Source of the DNA: Cylindrospermopsis raciborskii Cr2010
GTDB lineage: Bacteria; Cyanobacteriota; Cyanobacteriia; Cyanobacteriales; Nostocaceae
DNA: 32,000 bases
Assembly (NCBI RefSeq): GCF_003367075.2
Contig: NZ_CP065936.1
Span: 2,430,001 to 2,462,000 of the forward strand
Direction: 5' to 3'
The position numbers were made by a program, and so were the translations under genes. The notes under the pieces were generated by a model. That model did no database searches and was not told the DNA's origin. It worked only from the letters and a program-made list of their open reading frames with translations. Below, piece after piece: positions 30,815-32,000 of the stretch (positions are counted from its first letter, which is position 1; each line of letters starts with the position of its first letter).

Positions 30815-31498
30815 TTACCCCTGTGATTTTTCTGTATCCAGGCGCTGATGGAGTAAGTCTATTCCACGAGATGTACCCAGTCTGGTTGCACCGGCCATAA
30901 TTAGATCTATGGCGTCTTGGTGGGTACGAATTCCTCCAGAAGCTTTTATTCCCACCCTTTCTTTTGTTATTTGTTTTAAAAACTCCACGTCTTTCACTGT
31001 TGCTCCACCATTCCAACCCGTACTAGTTTTTAAAAATGCAGCACCCGCATCCATAGCTATTTCAGCAGCCACTTTTTTTTCTGTATCTGTCAGTAAACTG
31101 GTTTCTAAAATTACTTTGACTGGTTTCCCAGTTTCTTCGCAAATTGTGGCAATTTCTCGGTGTAATTGCTCAGTCTTGCCGATTTTTAACCAGCCTAAGT
31201 TAATCATTAAATCCAACTCCGTGGCACCATTTTCTACCGCCTCCTGTGCTTCATATAATTTGACTGTTGAGGTGGTCAACCCTGTGGGGAATCCAATTAC
31301 AGTACATACTTGTGGCTTTTTGTTGTGTAATAGCTCCGCCGCTTGCTTAACATGGGATGGGTGAATACAAACTGCAGCAAAGTTAAATCTATACGCATCC
31401 TCACACCACTTTTCTACCTGGGGTTCTGTTGTGGTAGGTAAAAGCAGGGAGTGATCAATAAATGGGGCAATATCAATTTTTGGGTAGTCTGTTGTCAT
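30815..31498 (-). CDS. deoC: Deoxyribose-phosphate aldolase
   Basis: [11 protein letters not shown]...[10 protein letters not shown]...CTVIGFPTG...ELDLMIN...VKVILET..L...[11 protein letters not shown] (Schiff-base Lys)...IKASGGIR. Confidence 0.93.
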   Translation of the reverse strand: MTTDYPKIDIAPFIDHSLLLPTTTEPQVEKWCEDAYRFNFAAVCIHPSHVKQAAELLHNKKPQVCTVIGFPTGLTTSTVKLYEAQEAVENGATELDLMINLGWLKIGKTEQLHREIATICEETGKPVKVILETSLLTDTEKKVAAEIAMDAGAAFLKTSTGWNGGATVKDVEFLKQITKERVGIKASGGIRTHQDAIDLIMAGATRLGTSRGIDLLHQRLDTEKSQG

Positions 31499-31499
31499 A

Positions 31500-32000
31500 T
31501 CACGATTCTACCTCAATTTTGTGCCTAAGAACATCCTCGGCTTCTTTTGCAACTGCTTCTACTGAGTCAGTAGCCAACACTTCTAGAACTTTCCTAGCCT
31601 CTTTTCCACCTAAATTGGCTAAAGCATGAACTAAGCGATGACGTACTTGCCAATCTGGGTTTTCAGTATAGGGAGCTAGAATAGTTACTGCATCTGGGTT
31701 ACCCAATTCACCTAGGGAACTAATGGCCGCACTTTGGACTAAACCATTATCTGATTCCAGAGCTTTTTTGAGCAAATCTACTCCCCTTGGATCTCCCAGG
31801 GATCCAAGGGTGGCAATTATGCTGAATTTTACTACCCATTCTGGGGTCTCATGGTAAAGCTTTTCTAAATCGGGAAAGGCTACTTGTAGTTTTAGCGCCC
31901 CCAAACAATCAGCTGCTGCTGCTTGTACATCCGCTTCAGGATCATTTAGCAACTCTCTTAAAATATTTAGGGAAAAATCTAAATCCTCCGTCCCTAAGGT
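31500..32000 (-). CDS. HEAT-repeat (PBS-lyase-like HEAT) protein, partial (5' end beyond the window)
   Basis: Repeats of the D.(D/E)..VR..A..ALG.LGDP.AV..L type ([42 protein letters not shown]). The reading frame stays open upstream of the track's TTG to position 32000 ([17 protein letters not shown]...). The stop is 1 nt from the deoC start. Confidence 0.8.
   Translation of the reverse strand, partial: TLGTEDLDFSLNILRELLNDPEADVQAAAADCLGALKLQVAFPDLEKLYHETPEWVVKFSIIATLGSLGDPRGVDLLKKALESDNGLVQSAAISSLGELGNPDAVTILAPYTENPDWQVRHRLVHALANLGGKEARKVLEVLATDSVEAVAKEAEDVLRHKIEVES

Noticed and set aside
28337-31364. Plus-strand ORFs 28337-28528, 29021-29293, 30201-30434, 30612-30794 and 30909-31364, and minus-strand ORFs 29084-29287 and 30753-31016.
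   Set aside because: They are shadow frames of the MFS, recO and deoC genes.

Overview
This window is core chromosome from a filamentous, Nostocales-like cyanobacterium. That assignment is an inference from protein sequences resembling Nostoc/Anabaena orthologues, heptamer STRR-type repeats and an Rca gene carrying an RbcS-like tail. About 17 kb (6858-24165, + strand) is the large ribosomal-protein supercluster in the usual cyanobacterial/plastid order: rplC-rplD-rplW-rplB-rpsS-rplV-rpsC-rplP-rpmC-rpsQ-rplN-rplX-rplE-rpsH-rplF-rplR-rpsE-rplO-secY-adk-infA-rpmJ-rpsM-rpsK-rpoA-rplQ-truA-rplM-rpsI-rpmE-prfA. It is followed by gpmI, secG and a broken Rubisco activase gene. Upstream (1-6101) are a partial zinc-ribbon signalling protein, ndhM, a small conserved ORF, an ABC-F ATPase, a stand-alone AMIN-domain protein, a DUF3172-like membrane protein and ndhN. 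Downstream on the minus strand are a GT4 glycosyltransferase and a tightly coupled string: HEAT-repeat protein, deoC, recO, MFS transporter. I found no tRNA or rRNA genes, CRISPR arrays, transposases, integrases, toxin-antitoxin pairs or other defence or mobile-element hallmarks. I do not see an undescribed multi-gene system here. The most unusual item is an rca pseudogene with an internal deletion and a frameshift. Lesser items are two long spacers (1306-1927 and 6102-6857) that could hold unannotated RNAs or small ORFs, perfect 11-bp tandem duplications, heptamer repeats inside operon spacers, and many non-AUG start codons. Everything rests on reading the translations and the DNA by eye; no searches were run.
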